IMG/VR virus record: IMGVR_UViG_2595698868_000001
Coordinates: 215,968 to 279,967 of that record
Direction: 5' to 3' (one strand)
From: a virus
Taxonomy: Duplodnaviria > Caudoviricetes
Length of the DNA stretch: 64,000 nucleotides
This document shows, piece by piece, positions 18,907 to 28,300 of this stretch (positions are counted from its first letter, which is position 1; every line of letters starts with the position of its first letter). The notes below the pieces were generated by a model. It had not been told where the DNA came from and ran no database searches. It was given only the letters and a program-made list of their open reading frames with translations. A program made the translations under genes and the position numbers.

Positions 18907-19440
18907 TGTCTGGTCCCTTGATCATCTCCGGGTCCGAAATCTCGATCATCTCGGCGCATCCTAAGTGGGGTCGTTGGGTGAGCTATCCAGATATAGCTGA
19001 ACCCATCCATCTGCATCCCGATCAGAAGTGGATGCCGCATGAGGTGCTAGGCCTGAGGGTGGTGTTCAAGCCGGATGACTTGATCGAGATCAAAGATCAG
19101 TGGCTCGCTGAGCGGATTGGCGTCTGCGTCGCACATGTCTCCAGGTTCCGCTGGTGGGCCTACAATCGCCGGTCTGGCGCGTATCCCATGGTGGAACTCC
19201 AGGGCCTGCCTCTGATTTGGTTCGCCGCTGGCTTCTTCCGAAAGATCAACTGATGCCCAAGCCGCACAAGGATGTCGAAGAGCTTTACGCACAGGTGGGC
19301 GATCCGCGCTTCATGGTGCGCCGGCTTCAGGCCGAACTCGGCGACGACATGCGGATGCCCGACAACTGCCGTTACTGTGGCGAACTGACTCCGCGCCATA
19401 ACCCCACCTGTTCCACCCTCATTCGCAAAGGAAAGCGCGC

Positions 19441-19833
19441 ATGACCGAGATCACCATCTACACCAAGGCCTTCCCGACGTTGGACGTTCTAGGCGCCACA
19501 TCGGGTTACCTGCTGGCCGATATGGGCGGTATCTACGAAGTCCTGAACTTCATGACGGATTCGGACCTGTTCACCCATCAATTGCCCCGAGCCATGGAGC
19601 CGGCGCGCGAGGCCTTCATCCGCTACAATCCGGCGATGGTTCCGTTCTTCGCCGAGATCAAGGAGATGACCCAGGAGCAAATCCTGGCGGCCCGCGACGT
19701 CTGGGTGATGAAGTACGGTCCGACCCTCGACGTGCCGCGTATCCCGTCCCACAAGTACGAGGCGATGGACCCGATCTCGGAACTCGTGGCGATGCGCGGC
19801 GGCGCCGATACGGTAGAGGTCATCGTCGTCTGA
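19441..19833 (+). CDS. phage hypothetical protein
   Basis: Coupled ORF; LFTHQLPR. Confidence 0.65.
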   Translation: MTEITIYTKAFPTLDVLGATSGYLLADMGGIYEVLNFMTDSDLFTHQLPRAMEPAREAFIRYNPAMVPFFAEIKEMTQEQILAARDVWVMKYGPTLDVPRIPSHKYEAMDPISELVAMRGGADTVEVIVV

Positions 19834-19900
19834 CTTCGAGAGTTGACAGACAGCGTGCGGGTCTCTAAAGGTGACGGTGACGATCACAAAGGAGACCCTC

Positions 19901-20428
19901 ATGCCCAAGATCAGCGACGTGACCTCGATCGAGGTTCAACTGCAAGGGAATCGGACTTGCATCCGTTTCCTCACCAGCAGCGCTCGCTATCACGTCTGGG
20001 CGGATGCTGAGACCCTGGAAGTGGGCGCCGGCGGCGCTTCGTACTTCGGTACGATGAAGAACGCTCCCGTCCTCTACAAGAACAGCCTCGTCGAAGATCA
20101 TCGGGCCGAAGGCTATTCAGCCTGCCAGTACCTTAAACTCAGCGTACCGGCGAACCGCAAGCTCGTCGACGCCGTGATCCAGCGCGTTCGTGACGAAGGT
20201 CTAATCGAGGCCGCCCTGCAAGCGCAGACGCGCGCCGAGCAAGAACGCATCGCCAACATTTTCCGCGAGGACGCCGAGAAGGGACGAACGGTCTTCGGCC
20301 GCGTGATCGAAGAGGGCGAAGCCGAAGGTCTCCTGACCAAAGCGACCGCCGACTCGATCCGCGAACTGATGGAAGGCGTCAAGCCGGAAAGCTGGGCGGC
20401 GCTGACGCGCGCGTTCATGCGGACGTAG
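19901..20428 (+). CDS. hypothetical protein
   Basis: AAGGAG RBS after the promoter at 19843. Confidence 0.7.
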   Translation: MPKISDVTSIEVQLQGNRTCIRFLTSSARYHVWADAETLEVGAGGASYFGTMKNAPVLYKNSLVEDHRAEGYSACQYLKLSVPANRKLVDAVIQRVRDEGLIEAALQAQTRAEQERIANIFREDAEKGRTVFGRVIEEGEAEGLLTKATADSIRELMEGVKPESWAALTRAFMRT

Positions 20429-20433
20429 CTCCG

Positions 20434-20808
20434 ATGTCCAACGAAACTCTAGACGTCAAACAACTGAACTCGGGGCTGTTGAACAAAGCGGCCGATCTGA
20501 TCGAGTCCCACGGCTGGTGGCATAAAGGTGATGCGGTGAGGCCTATAGGCTCTCTCTGCATCGTCGACGCCCTGCGCCGCGCCGTCATGTTGGATGCGAA
20601 CGAACGTGCATTCATCGATACGGCGGCGAAGTTCGGCTATATCGAACGCAAGCCCCGCGCACTCGCGCTGTTCATGATCATTCAGTTGGGCCTGCATCCC
20701 TATCCCAGCCCGCCGACATCGTTGGTGGAGTGGAACGACGCGCCTGACCGCACTGTCCGGGATGTCCTCGACGCGCTGCGGACCGCCGCGAAGGAGTTGG
20801 CGCAATGA
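20434..20808 (+). CDS. DUF6197-like phage protein
   Basis: AADLIESHGW...LCIVDAL...WNDAPDRTVRDVLDALR. Confidence 0.6.
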   Translation: MSNETLDVKQLNSGLLNKAADLIESHGWWHKGDAVRPIGSLCIVDALRRAVMLDANERAFIDTAAKFGYIERKPRALALFMIIQLGLHPYPSPPTSLVEWNDAPDRTVRDVLDALRTAAKELAQ

Positions 20809-21182
20809 CCAATCGCCTTTTCCTCCTCGCGGCTGCCCAGATCACCCGAGGCGCCAAGCTGACCACGGTCTTCAAGAACATCGCCATGCAGGGGATGCCG
20901 TTCGAGACGTCCGGGACCCGCGACGTCTACGTCTGGATGGTCATGGATTTCCAAATGGATGTGCCCGAGGCCGGTGCCGATATCGACGCCTGGGCCAATG
21001 AACAACCCATCGACGTGGTGCGCGCCGCCCTGACCAAGGTGGCGGAGATCGACGCCGGCGGCAAGCGTGGTCGCGAGATCGAACGCATGCGTCAGCGCAT
21101 CGACGCGGACTACGCCCGTCTCACTCAAACCGACAAGGCTGTGGCGATCGCCCAGGCCGCTCAGATCATGGGGATCGCATGA
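20805..21182 (+). CDS. hypothetical protein
   Basis: Coupled ORF. Confidence 0.6.
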   Translation: MTNRLFLLAAAQITRGAKLTTVFKNIAMQGMPFETSGTRDVYVWMVMDFQMDVPEAGADIDAWANEQPIDVVRAALTKVAEIDAGGKRGREIERMRQRIDADYARLTQTDKAVAIAQAAQIMGIA

Positions 21183-21739
21183 GTCTCGTCAGCATCTACG
21201 AACGCGCGCTGTTCCTGATCCGGGAGGAGCCCGACAACACACCGATGAACGCCTTCGTCGTCGGCCTGAACTACGGTTCCCAAGACGTCCCCACGCGCTA
21301 TGAAGCCGTTCGGCGTCTCGGGAAGAAGATTGGTCTGGACGTCCCGGAAGACGCCAATCTGCTGAACGACAAGCAGGTCGATGCCCTGTTGATCAAGATC
21401 GACATGTGGCGCAAGGCGCGCACCATCTCGCAGTTCACCGGTCGCTTGGAGAACGCGTTCGGTGAGGCCCGCCGTGAACGCAACGCCGCCATCCTCGCGG
21501 AGGTGGTCAAGCGTTTCGAACGATTCCCGCAGGCCGCCGTCATCCCGCTGCGCGACGTCTTCGACACTATCTGCCATGAGGCGAGTAAGGTCGAGCCGAC
21601 CGACAGCGTCTGGGCCGCCGCCGACGCCTACAGCGCCTTCGAAGTGGTGAACGGGAAGTCCTCGCCCAACTGCCTGCCGGCCGCGTCGGCAGTCGTGCGC
21701 CTTAAGGCTGCGCTCCAGGCGAACAGGCCGCCGGCATGA
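21179..21739 (+). CDS. hypothetical protein
   Basis: Coupled ORF. Confidence 0.65.
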   Translation: MSLVSIYERALFLIREEPDNTPMNAFVVGLNYGSQDVPTRYEAVRRLGKKIGLDVPEDANLLNDKQVDALLIKIDMWRKARTISQFTGRLENAFGEARRERNAAILAEVVKRFERFPQAAVIPLRDVFDTICHEASKVEPTDSVWAAADAYSAFEVVNGKSSPNCLPAASAVVRLKAALQANRPPA

Positions 21740-22023
21740 GCGCCTTCCTGGAGAATGGCAAGGCGACGCGCAACTCGATCCTGATCCACGCGGCCAAGGT
21801 CGCGCTGGGCTGGTATCCCAATCCGGCCACGCTCGATCAGGTAATTGAGGCTGCTGTGGAGCAGCAGGAACGTTCGGTAGGCTTCGACGAAGTCTACGCG
21901 GCGGAACGCGCCGCTCGGGCCGCTTTCCGCAAACACTACAGCTACCTCGATCTGTCCGCGCCGGTCGAACCCGCCAAGATGGCCCATCGTCTGCTCTTCG
22001 TCGCGACGCAGGTGCCTGCGTGA
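21736..22023 (+). CDS. hypothetical protein
   Basis: Coupled ORF. Confidence 0.55.
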   Translation: MSAFLENGKATRNSILIHAAKVALGWYPNPATLDQVIEAAVEQQERSVGFDEVYAAERAARAAFRKHYSYLDLSAPVEPAKMAHRLLFVATQVPA

Positions 22024-22323
22024 GTTGACAGACGGCGCCCCGTTCTCTACCCGTGTCAGTGTCCTTCCTTAGTGAGCAAATCCGATGCACTGCCGCAACC
22101 TGTTCAAGACCACTGGCCTCCTGTTCGCCGGGCTATTTGCGCCGGTTCGAGTCTGATGTCCGGTTCTAACCTCTATGGCGGTAATGTGCCCTTCATGGTC
22201 AACTCGGGGACCTTCGGACGCTGCAAGCACGGGCATACCCGCTACATGCCGTGCTGGCGCTGCGGCGTCTGGCATCCTATCAAATTCCTGCGCCACCTGA
22301 TCGCCAACCTGAAAGGCTGAACC

Positions 22324-22683
22324 ATGGCCCTGGAAACCATCCCCGAATCCGAACTCGTCCACCGCGCCTACTATCGCGGCTGGAACCGCAACACCAAGTT
22401 CGCGCGCTGGGATGCGACGCAGAACTGCTTCGTGTTCTGGCGCGCGAAGTTCGACTCCGTCTACATCTCGACGGCGCCGTTCGGCGAGAACGCCTACCAA
22501 GGCGACATCTTCCGCCCGTACGAGCGTGTCGCCGATGAAGCGATCACCTTCCCCGTACCGTTCTACGCCGAGGGTGACATCGATCCCGAGCCGACCGCCC
22601 AAGCGATGCACGAGGAAGACATGCGCCAGTACAAGCTGGAGAATCCCGACGTCATCGTGGAACCCTATGGGATGTCGAAGTGA
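22324..22683 (+). CDS. hypothetical protein
   Basis: ORF in the + operon. Confidence 0.65.
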   Translation: MALETIPESELVHRAYYRGWNRNTKFARWDATQNCFVFWRAKFDSVYISTAPFGENAYQGDIFRPYERVADEAITFPVPFYAEGDIDPEPTAQAMHEEDMRQYKLENPDVIVEPYGMSK

Positions 22684-23297
22684 CCGAACCTTGGCCAATC
22701 CGCACTCGCCCGTCGGGCTTCGACATCCAGTCGAACGCACTCGACATCATCACCCGGCGCTCAGGCCTGAATTCCCAAGGCGGTCCTGACGTGATCATCG
22801 TGCCGACTGGCAAGGCCCGTAAGGTTGTTGCGAGCCAAGGCAAGATCACGCGCACGATCTCGGCTCCCGAAATGGACATGCTCTTGGAGGCGGCGGCCGA
22901 GTACATCGTCGAGCAAGGCTGGCGCCGTACAACGGCCGACGACGACACGCTTACGATGACCAGCGCTGTCCTGCTCGCGGTGACGGTGTTCAAAGCCTAC
23001 AACCGCGTGGATGAGGAATCGATGCTGGACCGGGTGGTGCTGAACCGATTGGCCAAGGCGCTACCGAGCTACTACGAGGGCTGCTCCGTCGACGAAGCCA
23101 TCGGTAAGTGGGAGGCGACCCCCGGCCGCACCCTGGAGGACGTCCTGCACGTCCTGCGCACGCGCACCCGACTGCGCGACGACTGCTCGATCTGCCAGGG
23201 CCGCAGCGGCGGCGTGCCGGGCAATGAAAACGTGATTGGGGGCAAGCTGGTCTGTGACTACTGCCACGCCGCCGATATGACCTTGAGAGGGATGTGA
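22680..23297 (+). CDS. DUF6197-like domain fused to a C-terminal Zn finger
   Basis: AAEYIVEQGW..WEATPGRTLEDVLHVLR resembles 20434-20808; CSIC..CDYC. Confidence 0.6.
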   Translation: MTEPWPIRTRPSGFDIQSNALDIITRRSGLNSQGGPDVIIVPTGKARKVVASQGKITRTISAPEMDMLLEAAAEYIVEQGWRRTTADDDTLTMTSAVLLAVTVFKAYNRVDEESMLDRVVLNRLAKALPSYYEGCSVDEAIGKWEATPGRTLEDVLHVLRTRTRLRDDCSICQGRSGGVPGNENVIGGKLVCDYCHAADMTLRGM

Positions 23298-23680
23298 TGG
23301 GGCTGAACTGTACGCATGGCGCCTTCGATGGCGCCTACTCGCGTTTCCAACGCTTCCGCGTGGCGATCTGCCGCGCGATGGGCGGCTCGTACCCCAACGG
23401 CTACGACGGGGAGACGAACTGGTACTACGGTCCCGGAATGGACCGTGACACTCATCCAGGGCTCTACATCCTCCTCTGCCACAGCGACTGCGACGGTCAC
23501 CTGACGCCGAAGGAGTGCCGGCTGGTCGCGGACGATCTGGACAAGATGGTGCCGTTGCTCGCGCAACTACCGGACCACGATCCCACGGTCCGCAGTCATA
23601 GCTTCGTCGAGATGGCCGAGACGTTCGCGGCCGGTTGCCGTGAGGCTGCCTCGAAGCGTCAGAAGCTGAAGTTCATGTGA
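23294..23680 (+). CDS. phage hypothetical protein (HSDCDG motif)
   Basis: Coupled ORF. Confidence 0.65.
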   Translation: MMGLNCTHGAFDGAYSRFQRFRVAICRAMGGSYPNGYDGETNWYYGPGMDRDTHPGLYILLCHSDCDGHLTPKECRLVADDLDKMVPLLAQLPDHDPTVRSHSFVEMAETFAAGCREAASKRQKLKFM

Positions 23681-24045
23681 TGCAGGCCCCTCGGAAAGTC
23701 CAGGGCGGCTACAAGCCTGAAACCGCCGAGCATGGCGATCCGCCGTTCGGAGGCAGTGCGGTCCGCCCGTCTGGCTATCGCGTCGAACGCATGGGCTTCT
23801 TCGAGCACCGCGTGCCGACCTACGAAGAGCCTGCCCCTGAGCCGCCGGCGCCTAAGCGCGACTATCTGACGTGGCTGATCGCTGCCCTGCTCTGGGGCGG
23901 CGCCGTCTTCGCCGTCGCCCGTGCAGCGGGGCTTCCCATCTGGAACGCCGGGTGGACGATCGACGCAGTCGATCTGGCGCTGCTTCCCGTCGGAGTCTGG
24001 AGCATCTGGTTCTGGCAAGGCCTCGCGGAGAAGAAACGTCGATGA
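23677..24045 (+). CDS. membrane protein
   Basis: Two C-terminal TM segments. Confidence 0.6.
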   Translation: MMQAPRKVQGGYKPETAEHGDPPFGGSAVRPSGYRVERMGFFEHRVPTYEEPAPEPPAPKRDYLTWLIAALLWGGAVFAVARAAGLPIWNAGWTIDAVDLALLPVGVWSIWFWQGLAEKKRR

Positions 24046-24371
24046 GTCAGCGGCATCAAATGGTCCAGATGCTCAACGCCGACATCCTCCAACTCAATGA
24101 GGATGGGACGGGCAAGCTGGTCGACCAACCCTACGACCTGATCATTCAACTCAATCTCAACTACGTCGATCACGGGGACATGGTCGATTTGGTCGAATTG
24201 GGTATCCAGGCCATGGCCGCCCGCGAAGATCTTCTGAAGATCACGCGCGAGAATCCGCCGCATCCGATGACAGCCGAGGACGTCGACGTGGTGATCGCGG
24301 CGACGCGTCAGCGCCGGTTCAAGGCCGAGGCGCTGCTACCGCTTATTCGCCGGCCTGGGCCGGTTCGCTAA
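24042..24371 (+). CDS. hypothetical protein
   Basis: ATGA coupling. Confidence 0.55.
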   Translation: MSQRHQMVQMLNADILQLNEDGTGKLVDQPYDLIIQLNLNYVDHGDMVDLVELGIQAMAAREDLLKITRENPPHPMTAEDVDVVIAATRQRRFKAEALLPLIRRPGPVR

Positions 24372-24386
24372 AGGGGAGGGGCTAAG

Positions 24387-24929
24387 ATGGGTGGATACGC
24401 TAAAAAGCCGTCGGAGCCTAAGTGGTGGTGGTCCAAGGCGCGACGCGCTGAACATGAGGCGCAGGCCGCCCAAGCTCAGGCAGAGAAGCGCGCTCAGGCG
24501 GAACAGAAGCGGGAGCAGAAGGCGCGGGACGCTAAGGCTCAAGCCCTGAAACTGCGCCGACAGCTTCGTCGCGCCGGCGCACATCGCGTCGTGCAGACCA
24601 ATCAGGACCGATTCCATGTTGAGCAGATCAACGCACAGGGTAAATGGTTCCCTGTTACCTACTACGGGGAATGGTTGAATGGTCATTGGGAAGACCTTAA
24701 GACGCATCACTATGAGTCGTTAGAACAAGCCGCCAAAAATGGTCAAGGTTTCGAGGAAGATTTCAAGTCTCAAGTGACTTGGGAGATTAAGCGCCTGACC
24801 GAGTACAGCAACATCTTGAGCCCGCCTAATTACGAGCCCATCCCCGTAAACGGTGGAATTAATCCTGATGAGGCGCTAGTCCGCGCTGTAGCCTCGGTCT
24901 GGGGCGGTAAGGAGTACAAGTACACGTGA
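24387..24929 (+). CDS. hypothetical coiled-coil protein
   Basis: GGAGG RBS. Confidence 0.65.
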   Translation: MGGYAKKPSEPKWWWSKARRAEHEAQAAQAQAEKRAQAEQKREQKARDAKAQALKLRRQLRRAGAHRVVQTNQDRFHVEQINAQGKWFPVTYYGEWLNGHWEDLKTHHYESLEQAAKNGQGFEEDFKSQVTWEIKRLTEYSNILSPPNYEPIPVNGGINPDEALVRAVASVWGGKEYKYT

Positions 24930-25384
24930 CCCAAGAACGCTCACCCTGCCCCGATCTCGGCGGATACGTCCGTGATCCGGCCTATCACCTGATGCGCCTT
25001 CGGATGCTGCTGACCTGCACGAATGCTCCGGAGGACGCGGTGCTCCGCGACGCCCTGATCCGGCTGAACGCGCATCTGGAGAAGGACACGGACCTACTGT
25101 CCTCGCTCCGTGGTGAACGGAAGCTCCACTACGACATCATGTCCGATCCTCGTGAAGACGGGGGTGTTCGTATCTGGAGCTACACACTGCGCGGGCTGCA
25201 CCTTTCCGGCGCAGACAGTGGTGAAACGTTCGCCATGTTGCCGGATGCGATCAAGACGCTGTTGATCGCCAACGAGGGTGTTGCGGCCGACGAGATCATC
25301 TCGATCGCGATCAATCGCACGACGGATATCCCCTACAAGCGAGACGTCGTCGTCACACTGAAGCCGCTGCCGTCCGTTAACTAA
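24926..25384 (+). CDS. hypothetical protein
   Basis: Coupled ORF. Confidence 0.6.
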   Translation: MTQERSPCPDLGGYVRDPAYHLMRLRMLLTCTNAPEDAVLRDALIRLNAHLEKDTDLLSSLRGERKLHYDIMSDPREDGGVRIWSYTLRGLHLSGADSGETFAMLPDAIKTLLIANEGVAADEIISIAINRTTDIPYKRDVVVTLKPLPSVN

Positions 25385-25390
25385 GTCGAC

Positions 25391-25450
25391 GAAAAAAGTT
25401 CAAGAATCCTGTCATCAAGAGTTGACGGACGGCAGGGAGGCCAATAGATA
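25391..25450 (+). promoter_or_regulatory. sigma70-type promoter for the tRNA-like pair
   Basis: A-tract, then TTGACG (25422) N17 TAGATA (25445). Confidence 0.65.
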
Positions 25451-25493
25451 GACATCAAGCGCGGCGGAGAAATCCTAAGCGTCGATGAGAGAT

Positions 25494-25769
25494 CGGAGGG
25501 TAGCTCAGCGGGTAGAGCACCAGGGCCGCACAATCATCGGGTGAGACCAAGTTAGGTGACGCGGATGGCACATTCTTCAGTGCCGGAAACCGAGCCAAGC
25601 AAGGTTGGAAGTCCCTTTAGCGAGGGATGGACTTGGACGAAGATGAATACTGGCGAGGCGGTACGGGATAGGCCATTCCGGAAACCAGACTAGGAAAGTC
25701 GACGAAAGATCATTCGGTGCGCGGATGAAGACCTGGGTGTCGGGGGTTCGAATCCTTCCCCTCTGACCA
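25494..25769 (+). ncRNA. tRNA-like RNA 1 with a 200-nt insertion in the anticodon loop (25525-25724)
   Basis: Acceptor CGGAGGG/CCCTCTG-A-CCA, D arm GCTC..GAGC, anticodon stem CCAGG/CCTGG, T loop TTCGAAT; removing the insert leaves 76 nt with loop ATGAAGA. Confidence 0.85.
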
Positions 25770-25781
25770 TCTCTCGAATAA

Positions 25782-26030
25782 CGGTGTGTAGCTCAGGTGG
25801 TAGAGCGCCAGGGCCGGGATTACTGTGATGCTGCGGAACGAAGCCGACGCCGGGGTCGCTACTCGGAAGACGCTGGACTGAAGCAACGATGAGCTAGCGG
25901 ATTACACGGCTCAGCGCGATGGCTAACTTCGGCCATAAGCGGGTGCTGAAGAAACGCTGGCAAGAGTCGGGGATCACAGCCTGGATGAAGACCTGGAGGT
26001 CGGGCGTTCGACTCGCGCCCACACCGACCA
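25782..26030 (+). ncRNA. tRNA-like RNA 2 with a 172-nt insertion in the anticodon loop (25813-25984)
   Basis: Acceptor CGGTGTG/CACACCG-A-CCA, D arm GCTC..GAGC, stem CCAGG/CCTGG, T loop TTCGACT with one bulged G in the T stem; same ATGAAGA junction. Confidence 0.85.
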
Positions 26031-26058
26031 TTCCCTTTCACAGCACAGGAGGCCTCTC

Positions 26059-26604
26059 ATGACGATCACGATTGAGGCCTCGCTGCTGGCCAACGAAACC
26101 CCCTCGCAATTGGTCGGGCATATGCTCGATCTCGCTGACGTACGTCCTGGGCACTCGGTCCTGGAGCCCAGCGCGGGCGACGGCCGTCTCGCGTTCGAGG
26201 CCGTGGCCCGAGGCGCCGATGTCACCGCAATCGAACTGAACCAGCGCTGCTGCGAGAGCATCGCCAAGCAGCGTGACATGTACGGTCTTCCGAAGTCCGT
26301 CCTGGCAGTGCGCCGCTCCGACTTCCTGATGACGCCGGTGACGACGTTGTACGATCGCGTGGTCATGAACCCTCCGCGCGCCAATGTTCCGCACGTGACG
26401 CACGCCTACAGCTTCCTGAAGCCGGGCGGCCGACTGGTCGCGTTGATCCACCGTGAGCATGCCCAGGCGATCATCGTTCATCTGGGTGTTGTCGGTGATG
26501 CGGAATACTCGCTCACGACCCTGCCGGCCGGCATGTTCCATTTCGACGGCAAGCCGATCGAAGCCGCGCTCATCACGCTGTGGAAGCCGCATGAAGCTGC
26601 CTAG
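26059..26604 (+). CDS. SAM-dependent amino-methyltransferase-like protein
   Basis: VLEPSAGDG motif I and VVMNPP motif IV. Confidence 0.8.
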   Translation: MTITIEASLLANETPSQLVGHMLDLADVRPGHSVLEPSAGDGRLAFEAVARGADVTAIELNQRCCESIAKQRDMYGLPKSVLAVRRSDFLMTPVTTLYDRVVMNPPRANVPHVTHAYSFLKPGGRLVALIHREHAQAIIVHLGVVGDAEYSLTTLPAGMFHFDGKPIEAALITLWKPHEAA

Positions 26605-27079
26605 CCTGATCTGGCGCCGGCCCGGCGGCCTGGAGGAGTGTCCGTACTTCCGCTTGACCAAGCTGGACTTCGGCCCCTTCTCGATCCGCGCCCACGAGTG
26701 GAACGGCGACGACGATCACCGCGCCTATCACGATCACCCGAACTGGTTCATCACCTTAGTGCTGAAAGGTGGCTACACCGACGAGAGTCCGGACATGCGC
26801 CCTGAGGTGATCGAACGGCTTGGCGAGCCGGGCAAGGTCTATGACGTGCTTCGCGCAGGCTCGATCCGGTACCGCCGTGCCGACTTCGCCCACAAGGTCA
26901 TCAATGTCAAGCCGGGCACGGTCACGCTGCTGATCGCCGGCCGACCGTCGCGGCGTTGGGGCTTCTGGATCAAAGGCAAGCTGATCAAGCGCGATCGCTA
27001 CTTCATTGAGCAGGGCCACCACGGCTGCACGCCCGACGCGGCTCCGATCCGCAGACGTCCCGACGGTTCCCGGCTATGA
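26591..27079 (+). CDS. cupin-like phage protein
   Basis: HDHPNWFITLVLKGGYTD...FAHKV...RRWGFW. Confidence 0.65.
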   Translation: MKLPSLIWRRPGGLEECPYFRLTKLDFGPFSIRAHEWNGDDDHRAYHDHPNWFITLVLKGGYTDESPDMRPEVIERLGEPGKVYDVLRAGSIRYRRADFAHKVINVKPGTVTLLIAGRPSRRWGFWIKGKLIKRDRYFIEQGHHGCTPDAAPIRRRPDGSRL

Positions 27080-27354
27080 TCTACTACCTGGAGGACGGCA
27101 CGGTCATGGACCTGCGCTTCCAGTGTGTGAGGTGCGGTAAGCTGACTGGTGGGCGTCGACCTCGTGATGGTATCGGGCCGGGTGACGGGAGCTACTACTG
27201 GCCTCGCCGGCACAAGAGCGATCTGGGCGACCCCTGCCCCGGCATCTATGACGAGGCCGAGTGGGTCGAACGGGAAGTCGGCCGCGTCGAACCGCTCGAA
27301 CGCTCGCAGTCTCGGCTGCGGGGAAAACTAGACTTCAAGCGCCACAAGGTGTAA
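27076..27354 (+). CDS. small Zn-finger protein
   Basis: CVRCGK..RH..CPG. Confidence 0.55.
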   Translation: MIYYLEDGTVMDLRFQCVRCGKLTGGRRPRDGIGPGDGSYYWPRRHKSDLGDPCPGIYDEAEWVEREVGRVEPLERSQSRLRGKLDFKRHKV

Positions 27355-27420
27355 CTATGCCGTATGTCGATCAAGAACGAGGTGGTCGTCTTCCGTTAGG
27401 TTAGCCAACGGAGACTACCC

Positions 27421-27906
27421 ATGACCCAGAACTGGCGCCGCGTTGACGGCCCTGTGATCGCCCTCGAAACCTGGGGGACGGCGCGCCGCTTTGACTCTCT
27501 GGTGGAGGCGGTGCAATACTATGCGCGCGGTTACTACGGTGACCCGAAGATGCGTCACATCCTCGACCAGGACGGCCTCTATATCCCGGCCTGGAAGATC
27601 GACGAAGTCGCTCGCCTGAATCCGCGCCCTAGCTATCGGCGATGGAACCGCCGGTACGTCTTCCGGCAAGGGCCGGTGGAGGGCGTCCGCTGCACGCGCG
27701 CCAGTCGCCGGCGTTGCTACCGCCGGATCGCCACGACCGGCGAGCGCCGTGAGAATGGCTTCCTCTGCTATGACGAGGACGCGGTCGACCTGGGCGTGAA
27801 GGTTCGTGGGAAGCGTTCGAAGCTCCCGTCGGCCTGGGACGACGTCCAGCACGCGCGTCGCGGCAACGGCTGGAAGCGCAACCGGCAGAAGCAATATCGG
27901 GAATGA
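27421..27906 (+). CDS. basic hypothetical protein
   Basis: GGAG RBS; LPSAWDD...WKRNRQKQY. Confidence 0.65.
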   Translation: MTQNWRRVDGPVIALETWGTARRFDSLVEAVQYYARGYYGDPKMRHILDQDGLYIPAWKIDEVARLNPRPSYRRWNRRYVFRQGPVEGVRCTRASRRRCYRRIATTGERRENGFLCYDEDAVDLGVKVRGKRSKLPSAWDDVQHARRGNGWKRNRQKQYRE

Positions 27907-28096
27907 CCCACACTCTCGCCAAGCGCAGCGGCCGTCTCTGGGTTCTCCAGGACGGCCAGCCGCTATACACCCCTCCCGATTTTGTCAGGCGTGAGATGCG
28001 CGGACGAGGGCTCATGGTCGAGTTGGTCGCCCGGCTAAACGCCGGCGACAGCTACATCAAGTCGATAGTCTGGTTCGAGACGGCGGTCCGTCCCTG

Positions 28097-28264
28097 CTAA
28101 AGCGTGATGATGATCGGGCGCGAGGCTTCCTTGCGGCGGACCTCCGCGTCCAGTTCCTTCGCCGCGTTGCGATCGCGGGCCGCGTCGGTGATCCAGATCA
28201 GGGCCGCTAGGAAGGCGAGTACGCCGCCCAGGCTGCCAATGAATATGCCGGCCGAGTAATCCAT
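28097..28264 (-). CDS. small membrane protein (55 aa, not in the ORF track)
   Basis: MDYSAGIFIGSLGGVLAFLAALIWI...; GGAG RBS. Confidence 0.55.
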   Translation of the reverse strand: MDYSAGIFIGSLGGVLAFLAALIWITDAARDRNAAKELDAEVRRKEASRPIIITL

Positions 28265-28300
28265 GGTGATCTCCAGGCCTCGGGATGAGGCAGCTAGACC

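Noticed and set aside
25525-25984. Group I introns in the two tRNA-like genes
   Set aside because: No U-ending 5' exon at the junction and no recognisable P/Q/R/S core. The agacta-like stretch pairs locally (gact-aggaa-agtc). Needs cmscan confirmation.
25494-26030. tmRNA
   Set aside because: Full D stems are present, there is no G3:U70 Ala determinant, and no convincing tag ORF was seen
25859-26041. Short minus-strand ORF over tRNA-like RNA 2
   Set aside because: Antisense to a structured RNA with no coding signals
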